DNA of 64,000 nt from Macrostomum lignano (taxonomy: Eukaryota), in contig NIVC01004018.1 in NCBI GenBank assembly GCA_002269645.1, forward strand, positions 1 to 64,000. Reading direction: 5' to 3'. Each line of letters begins with the position of its first letter. The first letter of the stretch is position 1. The position numbers and the translations under genes were made by a program. Below are positions 1 through 11,374 of the stretch, one piece after another. Under the pieces are notes generated by a model. That model worked only from the letters and a program-made list of their open reading frames with translations, did no database searches and was not told the DNA's origin.

Positions 1-402
1 TCTAGCCATTTTAAAATCAGGCAACACGACAGGAAATTGCCTGCTCTTTGGATAGCAAATTGAAAGGTAAATCTAAGACATTCGATCCCGACTAAATTTG
101 ACTCTACGTTAATTACGCATTCCTCTTATCTTGCAATGACGAAACTCTGCTTAAGAAATCTGCTCGTCTTACTCTTTTCATTGATGGTAGAAAGCTTCTC
201 AACATTCGAATTTCAGAATCCATTGTTCTGCCATTGGAGTTTATAGTTGCATTTTTGCTTGCTGTCACCGAGTGCTCCATCGTCTGATTCATGCTTTCTG
301 TATTTTTGCACAGTGGGGTTTTTCTTACAAAAAGAGCACACCTAAAGTTTTCTGCTCTATAGTGAATAATGCAGGCGGTTCTGGCTGTTGCATATCACAC
401 TC

Positions 403-547
403 ATGAGGGCCAGCCCCTAAGACGCAGAGACTGTACATGCCTGACCGATTAGAAAGTCAGGGCCGCTGTGCACCCTGTGTGAGCGTGCGCTTGTACTCGT
501 ATGCTTCGGCGAGCGCGCTTGATTTGGCGCGCGCTTGTATTGCTCAG
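403..547 (+). mobile_element. 5'-truncated copy of a tRNA-derived SINE (central core)
   Basis: GTACATGCCTGACCGATTAGAAAGTCAGGGCCGCTGTGCAC...GCGCGCTTGTATTGCTCAG aligns with the reverse complement of the full copy at 58712-59071 and with 59363-59450. Confidence 0.65.
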
Positions 548-1020
548 AATTTCCTCAGCGCTGTTTATAGGCCGATGGGACCTGCAAAGAGTAATTTTTT
601 TCTTTCTCTTTAATTTTGCAATTACCAGGTAAATCGCGATCGAAAAATTAAAGAGCGAAGTTTTATCAAGCTAAGGTGCACGGCAACATATCGTACATGA
701 AATAACTGCATGTATTGTCCTTTCACATCCTATAAGCAAGAAGCTTCAAAGCTTGACTTATCCGGGTAGATAGAAATGGTAGTATTGAAGAAATGGTAGA
801 AACCTGTAAATCTCTCCGTGTAAATTTACACGGAGAGATGCATGTATAGACAAAGAGACAAAGGACAAAGGACCACTGTACCAACACAACAACAAAGAAA
901 CACACCGTCAGTTTCCAACATCAGCGTCACAAAAATAAGTGCGAGTGAGGCGTCAACCAGCAGGCAGTCGACGAAACGCCTGTTCTCGTCGGTACTGCAG
1001 TGACTGCAGCGTCAGCAGCC

Positions 1021-1338
1021 TACTACTGCGATGGCTCCGTTACTGTGGGGCCTCCACCAACGGCGGCTTCTCTGTGGTCATCTGCACTGTTGAGCCCTCC
1101 AGCCTCCGACTCTCACGACTATACGCTCTCATCTGCAGAGACTCTCAGTCACTGCTCCGCGCGCTTCACAGCCCTACCCGTTGCCTCTTCAGGCCAAGCT
1201 CTCCCTCTTCCGTCTTGCCAGGTCACTCTGCTCTGGATCCCCGGGCACGCAGGCATCCCGGACAACGAAGAAGCCGCCAGCACCAAGCAAGATCCTATAG
1301 CTGGGGCCTGGGCGCTGCACCACTCAACAACAACAACA
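1021..1338 (+). pseudogene. 3' remnant of a non-LTR retrotransposon: RNase H domain plus (CAA)n tail
   Basis: RNase H motifs spread over shifted frames (YYCDGS; ICRDSQSLLRAL; VTLLWIPGHAGIPDNEEA), followed by CAACAACAACAACA at 1325-1338. Confidence 0.75.
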
Positions 1339-2104
1339 GCTGCATGAAGCCGCCGAGGCCAGCATACCATCAGCGTTCGCGCGGTGATCGAAGCAACGCT
1401 GACAAAGTGACTCCTATATTAATTAAAGTTCCGTCTGATAGTGCGAATTGACTGTTCTAATAACTATATATAAAAATACTTGTATCTAATTAATCTTTGT
1501 ATTTGCATATTCACGTGGGCTTGTTAACTAAATTATGCACAGTATAGTCTACTTACTTCAGTAGCGGTAAATGTTACCAATCGCCCGGAGTGTAACCTAC
1601 ATGTATTTCGATTAATGCTATTAGAAGTTATTGAAATTCATCCTAAATACGAGTACATATGAAATCGGTTCTGAAAAATTATCTGATAGCATTGGACACT
1701 TTACGCACTTTTGAAGCAAATGCCACGAATTTTGTTTAGCACCAAAATGCTTTTTGCAACCTGATATTATTTGTGAGCTGCTCAGCTAGCTCTATAGATT
1801 GTTTACGAAACAAAAGTTTCTTTGGTCTACGGGCTTCTAGTCCTTAAATCCAGCGGCTCAAATGTAACGTGTAGAGTATAGAAAGCTGCTCCCATTTAGT
1901 AGTGCAATTTGTATTTTTAAAGTTCACCAATGTTCTCACCTAGACAAATTAATGGATGTACATGTATTGTCTATAACCGGATGTGTTTGAACGGATGTAT
2001 GTCTAACCTGGTGTATGTCTAACCGGATGTACATTTGTGTCTAACCGGATGCATGTCTAGTCTGCAGCTAGGCTGCTTTGCTGACCCCCTGTGCCAGCGT
2101 CTGT

Positions 2105-2135
2105 TAATAATTATAATATTAGTAATACTAATAAT

Positions 2136-2166
<31 letters not shown>

Positions 2167-2228
2167 ATTATAATAATAATAATAATATTAATAATAATAA
2201 TAATGATATTAATAATAATAATAATAAT

Positions 2229-2265
<37 letters not shown>

Positions 2266-2312
2266 TTAATAATAATAATAATAATAATATTAATAATAAT
2301 AATAATAATAAT

Positions 2313-2343
<31 letters not shown>

Positions 2344-2366
2344 ATAATAATAATAACAATAATAAT
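2105..2366. repeat. (AAT)n microsatellite with periodic ATT interruptions
   Basis: Read directly; explains the poly-I, poly-N and poly-L ORFs. Confidence 0.97.
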
Positions 2367-3397
2367 GCCTAGTCTGATGTAAGCTAGTCTAATCAGGTCG
2401 AATTTTTGTCTAACCAGTAGATGTGGGTACATCTGTATCTCAACTGATGTGTATCTCGGAACGGAATTGCCTCACACAACTACTATGTACATTTATATTC
2501 AGCAACGGAGCAATTAGAGAGCAGGACCTAGCTACGCTCGTACATGTAAGCAGATGATCATTGCTTTGCAATTTACCAAACTCAGAAGAAAAGACGATTG
2601 AAAAAATTAAACAAAGTTTCTCATTGTCAATGTTAGTGTGCGTCCATCTTACAGTGCAAAGATTATTAGTAACAAGAAAGCTGCAAAAATTGCTGACTCT
2701 TCTACACCGTGTTTTTGCAGACGGCATCGTCGCTGCTGATATAACGGTGAATCTCTGAATTTGAATCACCGTGGCGATCGGGCAGAGAAATCGAACCATG
2801 ATCGAACCACGAAGAATGCTTATTCCGCACTCTTCCGCATGAAAATCGTATGCAGGGCAAAAAGATACACATTAAAGCCCACTGATATAATATTTATAAC
2901 ATAATAAAAGCCTACTGTAAAAAAGAATTTGCTAGCTAAATTATAATACCACGGTATTGTTTTATCAGTGGCGGATCCAGGATTTCTTAAGTGGGGTGGC
3001 GGATATGCGAGTACAGAAACTAGAAACTAAGTAATCCCAATCCATCTATCTTTCATCTATGCTCAATACAAGATCTTGAGAGGATATATCAATTTTTGCA
3101 TACATTTTAATGCCTAGAGTGGTGCAAATGACTCTGACACATGAGGGTAGTAGTAGAAGTTGGCTCGGGTCTCGGGAAGAACTAACCCGTTTTGGCCAAT
3201 ATTGACAATTATATTTAGTGAGTTATCAAGGCTTCATTTAAAAGAAAGTCAATGACAATGTGAGAAGACCAACACTATAATATTTTAATTTGAAATTTGA
3301 ATAGAATGTACGTGTTGCAGTGAGACGCGAATAAGCAATCGTTAGTAGCAAATAGAGCGTAGAAGAATGGAAATTGGAATTAACGAATTGGAATCAC

Positions 3398-5968
3398 TTA
3401 ATTGAAGCAGGCACGGCGATTGACATCCTTTGACAGAAACTTCTCCACAGTTGCAGATATTGTACTTGCAGTATTACAAATCATGTCCTTGTGGATGAAG
3501 GCCAATGCCAGTCCATTCAGCCGCTCTTCTCCCATGGTGCTGCGCAAGTAATTCTTTAGGAACTTCAGCGAAGAGAAGGATCTTTCTCCAGTGGCAGTGG
3601 AGACAGGCAGCGTTGCGTAAATGTTCAAGAGAGTGCTGATGTTGGGAAACAGGCTATGGTCGCACTCCAAGATTGTCTTAGTCAAAGTTGTGGGCCATTT
3701 CTGTGGATCCTCCCTTTGCCAGAGTCGCATCCACTGGTTAAATTCTGCTTCAACCTCCTCTTGCTCCTGGCTTGGCAGAACTGAAGCAAAGTGCTGCATT
3801 GATGGCTTGAGCTGAATGAATGGATTTGCATGCTTCTTGGCTGTTGCTGGGATAAGGGCACTGAGTCCAGAAGCAACGTCAGAAAGGCGTGCAAATCGGT
3901 CTTGCAGGTTGACCAGTAGTCCATCCAAGAAGGGAACAAAGATTGTCAAACGCCAGTAGTCCTTGGGATCAGTAGTAGGAAGATTGGCACGATTCGTTTG
4001 ACGCGCAACTCGCCTAGGAGGAGTCAAGTCGATTTCAATTGCCTCTGCAGTCTCTAGAATCTTCTCCCAGAGCTCACTGAACTTCTCTGCAGACTCTTCC
4101 CGCCACTTCTGCAGTTGCTCTTGCACATCCGCAATTAGAAACCTGGCGCTTAGCAAATCTATTGCACACTTCTGGAGAGCTTCTGCCAATCCCTTGGTGA
4201 GAGTCAAAGTTACATCCAGAACCACGATTGATACCAGAAACTCTGCGTCCATCGAATTAAGCAGAGCTTTTGCATTTCTGGATGCTTCTGGGTTGGAATG
4301 CTCGCGAACTTCTTCAAGAGCTTGCACGATTGGTATCAGTAGATGTCTTGTTGTTAGAACCGCATCGTGTCTTTCAATCCAGCGAGTGTCGCATAGGTTC
4401 TTCACTCGACGGGTATTGGCCTGATGGTTCTGTGACTTCACTATGTCCTCCAGACACTTCACTCTCTGAGCAGAACTGTTGAAGAACTTCGCCAGCTCTT
4501 GGATGTTTCCCCACGTATTTCTGATGCCAGGGACTTCGCTGCTCTTGCTGATGACCAGATTGAGTTGATGCGCAGCACAATGAATGTAGATGGCGATGGG
4601 GTGCTCTTCTCTGATTATTGCTTGAGCTCCCTTGAACTTGCCGCTCATCGCACTGGCACCATCAAATCCCAATCCCACCAGCCGCCCTTCCAAGGGAATG
4701 CCGAGAGTGACGAACTGGGACAGAATGTTCCTCGCAAGTCCCGCTCCAGTCATGTCCTCTGCAATGGTGAATCCCAGAAAGTCTTCACAAATTGCTCCAT
4801 CAAACACATAGCGAACACATACTGTCAGCTGCTCCTTTGTGGCCTGGTCTGTTGTTTCATCAGCCAGGATGGACACAAACTGTGCATTGTTTATCCGCTC
4901 CTTCAGGCGGTCCAGAATCACTTCTCCAATGCACTCGATCAGCTCATTCTGAATCGTCTTGCTGGTGTACTTAGCGTTGCCGGGTCCAGAGCGCAGATGC
5001 TCCTCTAGCCTCTTGTCTCCTGTGTCCACCATTGCTCGCAGGATCTCTCGAAAGAGACCATCATTCTGGCCAGGTCGGTCGGCAGTCTCTAGCACACCAT
5101 GATCGTCTCGGTGTCCCCTGAGAGCAGAGCCACTCCTTCCACAGACTAGGATGGCACGCACAATGGAGCTGAGGATATGCCTGTTCTTTGCAATCTGCTC
5201 CTGCCTCTGTGTTGCCAATCGACTGTCAATGTGCTGTTCTGGCACCATTCGCTTGAACTCCTGTGCTCTCAGTACATTGTCTTTGTGGTAGTTGGTATGC
5301 TCGTGAGCGCAGAGATAGCCATCTGCTCCCAAGAGTCTTGCGTACTTTTGCAACGGCTCATGAACTAGTCTTCCCAATTGGTGACCTTGTTGCCCTTGCT
5401 GAGTACCAAATAGCACACAAACTTTGCAGAACAAGCCACTCTTTACATGTGAGTATGCTAACCAGGGTTTGTCGGCTAGATGACTGTGCCTCAGGAATCT
5501 CTTTTCTATTTTGCCCTTTGTCTTTCGCTCTTCAAATGGCATTGGGTAGGAACTGGGGGGCTCCCACGTTTGCGTCAGGAAGGCTATCTTAGTGGCACTG
5601 TCAGCAGCAGGATCGAATAGACCTATGTCAAAGTCAGACAACTTGCTCACTTGTACTTCATTGGCTTCTCTGGTATCTCCATTGAACTCGGCATCGCATT
5701 CAGAGGTGCCGGCTTCAGCTTCGTCTGAATTACGAGTACAAGTTGTAGCAAATTGTTCCGAAACAGCAACAGCAGAAGAACTAGGTCTCTCAGCAGTGGC
5801 AGCAGCAGCAGGAGCAGCAGAAGAAGAAATGAATCGGATCTCAGCAGCAGTAGAAGCAGCAGATAACTTTGCAGCAGCAGTGGCAGGACCAGGTGGTGTA
5901 ACAAAAAAGTGCGTTAGCAATTTTTGTCGCTTTGCGTCACGCTCTAATGGAGAAGATGCTCGCTTCAT
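3398..5968 (-). CDS. hAT transposase (ZMYM1/PRKRIR-like, DUF4371 plus hAT dimerisation region), 856 aa from first ATG
   Basis: Uninterrupted ORF with ILADETTD, GFDGASAM, CAAHQLNL (CxxH), DTRW and ATGERSFS motifs. The ORF track starts at a GTG (6211); the first in-frame ATG is at 5968. Confidence 0.92.
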   Translation of the reverse strand: MKRASSPLERDAKRQKLLTHFFVTPPGPATAAAKLSAASTAAEIRFISSSAAPAAAATAERPSSSAVAVSEQFATTCTRNSDEAEAGTSECDAEFNGDTREANEVQVSKLSDFDIGLFDPAADSATKIAFLTQTWEPPSSYPMPFEERKTKGKIEKRFLRHSHLADKPWLAYSHVKSGLFCKVCVLFGTQQGQQGHQLGRLVHEPLQKYARLLGADGYLCAHEHTNYHKDNVLRAQEFKRMVPEQHIDSRLATQRQEQIAKNRHILSSIVRAILVCGRSGSALRGHRDDHGVLETADRPGQNDGLFREILRAMVDTGDKRLEEHLRSGPGNAKYTSKTIQNELIECIGEVILDRLKERINNAQFVSILADETTDQATKEQLTVCVRYVFDGAICEDFLGFTIAEDMTGAGLARNILSQFVTLGIPLEGRLVGLGFDGASAMSGKFKGAQAIIREEHPIAIYIHCAAHQLNLVISKSSEVPGIRNTWGNIQELAKFFNSSAQRVKCLEDIVKSQNHQANTRRVKNLCDTRWIERHDAVLTTRHLLIPIVQALEEVREHSNPEASRNAKALLNSMDAEFLVSIVVLDVTLTLTKGLAEALQKCAIDLLSARFLIADVQEQLQKWREESAEKFSELWEKILETAEAIEIDLTPPRRVARQTNRANLPTTDPKDYWRLTIFVPFLDGLLVNLQDRFARLSDVASGLSALIPATAKKHANPFIQLKPSMQHFASVLPSQEQEEVEAEFNQWMRLWQREDPQKWPTTLTKTILECDHSLFPNISTLLNIYATLPVSTATGERSFSSLKFLKNYLRSTMGEERLNGLALAFIHKDMICNTASTISATVEKFLSKDVNRRACFN

Positions 5969-6248
5969 TCTTCGTGATTGTGCATCATATGTTAAGACTT
6001 GCCAAATGGATTTTACGGACTTCAAGTTCAATTGGTGTTGAGTGTAGACAGATAGCCGGGACTGGCTCAAACTATTTGTCCTTTGTAGCAGGCTGTTAAG
6101 CTTTCGCTGGTTTTCGCAAGACGCATTGACGCAATGTACATTGCTCTCAAGTCTGAACCCCAAAATGGGGGAGGAAAAGCCTTTCAACCCCTTTTCATTC
6201 CATTCCCCCACCCCAAGTCTCTCTCAGAGTCTCAGTGTCTCTCTCACC

Positions 6249-6497
6249 CACAGACCAAGAAATATAACTAGACTGCGCATGAGGGTAAAAAAAGTTGTGC
6301 CTTTTTCCTAGTAGGAAAAGTGGCACCCCAGCGCCCACTCCCCCACGATCGATAATTGTGCCCGGGCCTTTCTTCTTACCCTCAGCCAACTCAGCTTGTC
6401 GGGGTCTCTTTTTTTTCCACTGTCATTTGGTCAAAAACAAGCCCAAGCAAGAAATGCGGGATGCGCAGTCTAGTTATATTTCTTTTCTTGGTCTGTG
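6249..6497. mobile_element. 249-bp MITE nested upstream of the hAT transposase (P-like or hAT family)
   Basis: About 32-bp TIRs CACAGACCAAGAAATATAACTAGACTGCGCAT (right arm has a small internal duplication); 8-bp TSD CTCTCACC (6241-6248, 6498-6505). Confidence 0.85.
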
Positions 6498-7011
6498 CTC
6501 TCACCCTACTCTTACTATCATAACTTAACTTAGCTTCTCTCTTGCCAATGGTTTGGCTAGAAATAAATAAAACCGAACCGACAATGTTCCATGGGATGCA
6601 ATTCCATTCCAAGGAAAAGCAGACAGACCATAGAAGCAATGGAAATATAATGAAGAACTTGGACTTTGTGGGTTGAGGAGCCCAAAATTAAAATATCTCC
6701 CTTCCATGCAAGTCCAGCCACGGCGAAAGTGGGGGGCGGCCGCCCCCCCCCCCCCCCCCCCCTGGATCCGCCACTGTGTTTTATACATAATAACCTAGGC
6801 GCACTTTCGGAATTTTTTAATTTTTAACTGATTTTAACAAAACTTAAAACTTTTTTGCTTTCTTAACACACTTTAGGCCATTATTTTCCTAACGTGGGCA
6901 TTACCACTACTAATTTCAGACTCAAGCTACCTTACGACGAGTACATTATGAAGCAGTTTTGAAGGAATTTAAAAAATTGTCTTTTCCATGAAAGTGCTTT
7001 TGTTTTAGCCG

Positions 7012-7157
7012 ACCCGCCGGGAAATTTGAGGGTTGTGTGACCTTTCTGTGTGAGCTTTTTAAGCGCACACATTAAAACTTTACTCAGGAATCACATCGCA
7101 TGAATGACACACAAGCTCACACAGAAAGCTTACACGGCCGTCAAATTTCCCGCTGGG
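7012..7157. mobile_element. Small decayed foldback/MITE
   Basis: About 45-bp imperfect inverted repeat (GGGAAATTTGA...CTTTCTGTGTGAGCTT / AAGCTCACACAGAAAG...TCAAATTTCCC) around a spacer of about 55 bp; no TSD found. Confidence 0.5.
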
Positions 7158-8269
7158 GAGTTAGTCTCACCACAGGTTAGGCCTATTATAATGCAATAAT
7201 TGATGGCTTTAGATTTTCCAACCGGCTAGTTAGGCCTTGACTTTATCCAATGAATGTAGAGTCTTGTAATTGTATAGGCCTACAGAAAATAAAATTCTGG
7301 AGTCTAGTCACATTACATGATTTGCATCTTCATCACTGTCACTGGTGCACAATTCTACGAGTAACGAGTACCTTTAAGTCCTTTAACCAACAGGGCAATG
7401 GCTATAACTCTATAAATAGGGCCTATAAATAAGTATAACTATAAGTAAGTAACTATATCTATAATTATTACCTTGACACTATTCTCGTCAATGATTAAAA
7501 CTATAGATGTATAGTCATATAGGCCTAACCTGGCCTATGACTATGTTGCGGTCCGTGTTTTTACCGAGACGGGCCGAGACGGACCGAGACGGAGCCGAGA
7601 CGGACCGAGACGGAGCCGAGACGGACCGAGACGGAGCCGAGACGGACCGAGACGGACTACAGGGAGTGTGTTTTTACCGAGACGGAGCCGAGACGGGACC
7701 GAGACGGACTACGAGTCCGCGTAATTAACGAGACGGGCCAAGTGGTGCGTTAGAGCACTCCACAATGAGGTACACAATGGGTGCGTCCGAGCACTCTATA
7801 AAAATATTTAGTTAGGTTTCATTTGATTTATTGTGTTTATTTAATAGCGCAGAAATTGTAATAATAGTAAAATAGAAATTGTATTGCAAATAAACATTAC
7901 TTACAGTACGAGCGTACATGTATCTACGCTCGTATATAAAACGCTAAATATACCACTTTCGATTTTTGTTTTACTGCTGGAGCTACAATGAACCGTTGTA
8001 GCCATTGCAGCTCATTGTCGAGTGCTCAAACGCATCCAAGGCGAATGCTTTCGAATCCCCCACGGAGAAAGTTCATGAAATCATACACATGCATGTACAT
8101 GTAACAAGATCTTCTAATTGTTTTGCATTTTATACACATTTCGATTTTTTCAGTGATGGTTTCGGCCTATTTAAGCCTGTAGCTTCGAGCCTCAGAGCCC
8201 AGAAATGAATCTCTGTAGAGTATCATATTAAATGCTACTGTAAGACTACCGTAAACAGCGTATAGCAAA

Positions 8270-8410
8270 ACTATGATGGAAGACGAATCATGTTGCGACT
8301 TATGATGAAATATGAATCATGATTACAACTTATGACGAAATATGAATAATGATTACAACTTTGATGAAATATGAATCATGATTGCAACTTATGATGAAGT
8401 GTGAGTCATG
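8270..8410. repeat. About 30-bp tandem repeat (TTATGATGAAATATGAATCATGATTACAAC), 4-5 copies
   Basis: Read directly. Confidence 0.7.
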
Positions 8411-9352
8411 TTACCAATAATTATATAATATATATCAAAATTTGTCTATAAATACAAACGAAAAATCCGAGCTGAAATCTCAGACTCGGAGCAGCCTCAA
8501 AGATATATCTTGTGGTTTGTCAGAGCAGCTAATCGAGGCTATATCTCTGGAGATAATATTATCAATTGATAAGCGTTGCTCAAGTCTTCGTTATTTTGAT
8601 TAATTGAGAGCGATTTTATTGCCGGCCGTTCTGTCCAATTGGACTCCAGCACTCGAGGTCAAGAAAGCCTCTCACCCGACCAATCAGAGAACCTAACTGC
8701 TGGCCGGTAGCCAAGGATCCACAGAGACCGAAACGCCCGGACGGAATGCTAATTCTGATCTCGCTGATGAGCGCTGCTGTTGCTCTCACTTGCCGGATGC
8801 TGCTGCTGCTCTTAAATGTAGATGGAGACAGGGACGCCGCTGACGCTGTTGATTAGGGAGACTTAGCCATTGAAGCCGAAGCTGACGGGGCACGAAGACT
8901 AATGTTGACGGGGGGTTGGTGGTTCCCAGAGCCAGCACAGATCAAAAAGCGGTCAAAACGCGGGCTGACGTCGAGAGGGGCGAGCCTTTTATAGGAATTC
9001 TGCGATTGATTTGTTATAAACGCGCTAAATTTTGCGATATGACAGGCCGATGCTGACTAGGTTTGTTCTGATTGTTCGAGGTCGAGACCCCTCAAACCTT
9101 ACCTGGCCAGGAGGCCCTCCAGACCCCAGGGTCTTTTTCCTTTCTCCCTGGGGTTTTCTCCTGGGAATTTTCCTCTTTTGTTAAAGGTCAAGTGTCGTGT
9201 GCGTTAGTGGTCATTACAAAGAATTTTTTTATCGCATTCTTCTCTCGCACATGGGCTCTGTACAATTAGTCTACTGTCAGTATACATATAGTAGTGATGG
9301 GCTCTTTTTGTACTTTGTTCTGTTATGGAAATGCGATCAAGTCCCAGCAGTG

Positions 9353-10215
9353 TGTAGAGTGTTCTGCCTCCCGCAAAAACAGAAAAAAGAAGATAATCGT
9401 ATAATACTACTATAAGTAAGTAAGTACACGCATGTGCGCCTAAGCTTTGAATGAATCACGCTACCAGGAAAAGATGTTACCAGAATAATACGCCATGAGC
9501 CATTTTCCCCTTTTAGCGCAACACGTGAATTGTAATGATGCTATTTTGGAGCAAAAAGTTGCCTATAAATACAAGCGATCTGAAGCGGTACCGGAGTCAT
9601 ACTCCCCACGGAAGAGGAGCGCTCCGAAGAGGAAGCCTTAGGAGGACTTCCTGATCTACCAAGTCAATCGAGACTCGGTCGAGTTGTTGCGGTAAGCCTT
9701 CCTTATTTGCGCCCGTTGTGTTAGAGACGTCTCGCTCAAGTCTATTGAGACTCGAGTCTATTTGAGTCTGTTGAGACTCTTGAGTCTGTTTAGACTCCAT
9801 TGGTTGCAGTCTCCAGAAGGACTGCCCCTGATAGATCTTAGAGGACTATCAGTGGTTTCCGGAGCTATACCTAGAGTGCATAGAGGCACTGCTAGAAGAA
9901 GGAGGCTTAATTTAGACGCAGTTTGGCGCAGGGTACCCATTGTTGCTACGAGGCCTCTGATTGGTCCTGACGGAAGATACCGGCCGGAAGAACTTATCGG
10001 AAGTACAAGAGGAACCAGGACCAGAGCAACTGAAGAATCAAGGCGCCTGATCTACGAGATCTACTGACGAGTTCCTAGCGAGAACTACTCAAGAAATTCA
10101 AATCCGGATTAAAGGTAATTGAATACCTTCGTTTGACTTACTGGGTTGCCTAGCTGTTGAGCTAGAAGTGAGTGTTCTTTGATTACCAAAAGGGCGGGTA
10201 ATAAGGAACACATCA
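9353..10215 (+). mobile_element. Solo LTR (863 bp), probably Gypsy-type
   Basis: TG...CA ends with short imperfect inverted termini (TGTAGAGTGTTC / GAACACATCA); 4-bp TSD AGTG (9349-9352, 10216-10219); TATA-like CTATAAATA near 9563; empty site present at about 61070. Confidence 0.78.
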
Positions 10216-10420
10216 AGTGTCCCTTATCATCGGCTATGACTACGAGATTGACAGCAAAAAGACACTGATGTCAGGTAAGTGCAAAGCCCCCTCTAGTCAG
10301 AAGCCCGATTTCGAAAAGCTCCGGTTTGGTGAGCCGGTGGCGGCGGGTTAGCTAATCTCTACCTTCAAAATTCTCCCTGCTTGTCTCTCGCTGTCCCTCT
10401 CTTAGCTATAGGACCTAGAC

Positions 10421-11219
10421 CATAGATTTTATATTCCCTAGATAGGCCACCAGTGGCGTAGGGAGGGGGGATAGGGGGGATGTATCCCCCCGAAGAGCCT
10501 GACCAAAACTTTTTTTGCCCTTTGTTGCTATACATGCTACCATGTGAGCACTTTTACTTTGGTGTATCCCCCGTAGAAAATTCAACTTGGTGTATTCCCC
10601 CCGTAGGAAATTCCTGGCTAGCCGGCTACGCCCCTATAGGCCACTCTCTATCAAAACAATGTTAAAATTTGGTACCGAAAAAAGCAAGTATGATCCGGAC
10701 ATTGACTTGAGAACTGTCAGAGAGCTCACCATCATAACTAGTACTGCTTGTCCTCATCAGCTGCCAAAGGAACAAGTACGAGTGGTTCGGAAGTTGATAG
10801 TTCTACCAATGAGGCAGCCTGCATTGTTACGGAGACATTGATAGAAGAAACCTGATACAGGTGACGTTTCGTTTCTGCCTGCTTGCCTTCTACACTGCCT
10901 GCTTGCCTGTTTGAATCCGATTCTTTAATGCTGCTTTCTGTTTCGTGCCTGTCTTTTGTTTCTGCCTGCTTGCCTTCTACACGCGTTGTTAATTTGTTAA
11001 TTTGTTTGTCTGAACAGTTTTACAATCCAGGGGACTGCGATGGGACACAAAACGTGCAAAATATATTCAAATTTTCTCAATCAGGCAATAATGGCACAAA
11101 AAATGCATCCACGTATCGCCCAAGCTACTGAACTTAAACTATAAGTAGACGAAATACACTGGGTCTATGGGCGCGCCCAAGTACACAGAGTGGTCCATCT
11201 AGGGAATATAAGATCTATG
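10421..11219. mobile_element. P-element-like MITE (799 bp including a nested hAT MITE)
   Basis: About 33-bp TIRs CATAGATYTTATATTCCCTAGATRGRCCACTCT; 8-bp TSD ACCTAGAC (10413-10420, 11220-11227); empty site GGACCTAGACTGC at about 61307. Confidence 0.9.
10451..10636. mobile_element. hAT MITE (186 bp) inserted in the left TIR of the P-like MITE
   Basis: TIRs CAGTGGCGTAG / CTACGCCCCTA; 8-bp TSD TAGGCCAC (10443-10450, 10637-10644). Confidence 0.87.
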
Positions 11220-11374
11220 ACCTAGACTGCTCGCTCACAGATCAAGCTACATGTACCTTGGGGCTGGCTGGGGGCTGTTGCCCCCAGGACCCCGGGTCCT
11301 GCACACAATGTCGTGGTGAGCTATCTGTGCAGTATGAGACTGGTATGGCCTTTATCCCAGTCAGCGATGCTCAC

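Larger units (their letters stand above)
2966..6776 (-). mobile_element. Full-length hAT DNA transposon (3811 bp)
   Basis: Perfect 16-bp TIRs CAGTGGCGGATCCAGG (2966-2981, 6761-6776); 8-bp TSD TGTTTTAT (2958-2965, 6777-6784); encloses the transposase ORF. Confidence 0.97.
9330..11290 (+). mobile_element. Dispersed repeat X, split by a solo LTR and a P-like MITE
   Basis: Pieces 9330-9352, 10216-10420 and 11220-11290 join into a sequence colinear with 61053-61380. Confidence 0.85.

Noticed and set aside
360-440. Twister-ribozyme-like TAATGC...AGGG..CCCT...GCAGAG
   Set aside because: L4 is only 5 nt, the T2 pseudoknot partner is missing, and the other SINE copies lack the pattern.
5969-6211. 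GTG-initiated N-terminal extension of the hAT ORF
   Set aside because: Non-ATG starts are unlikely here; ATG at 5968 precedes an NLS-like segment.
8760-8800. CTGATGA hits (also 30595, 38341, 52827 reverse, 61604 reverse)
   Set aside because: None is followed by a stem II plus GAAA in hammerhead geometry.
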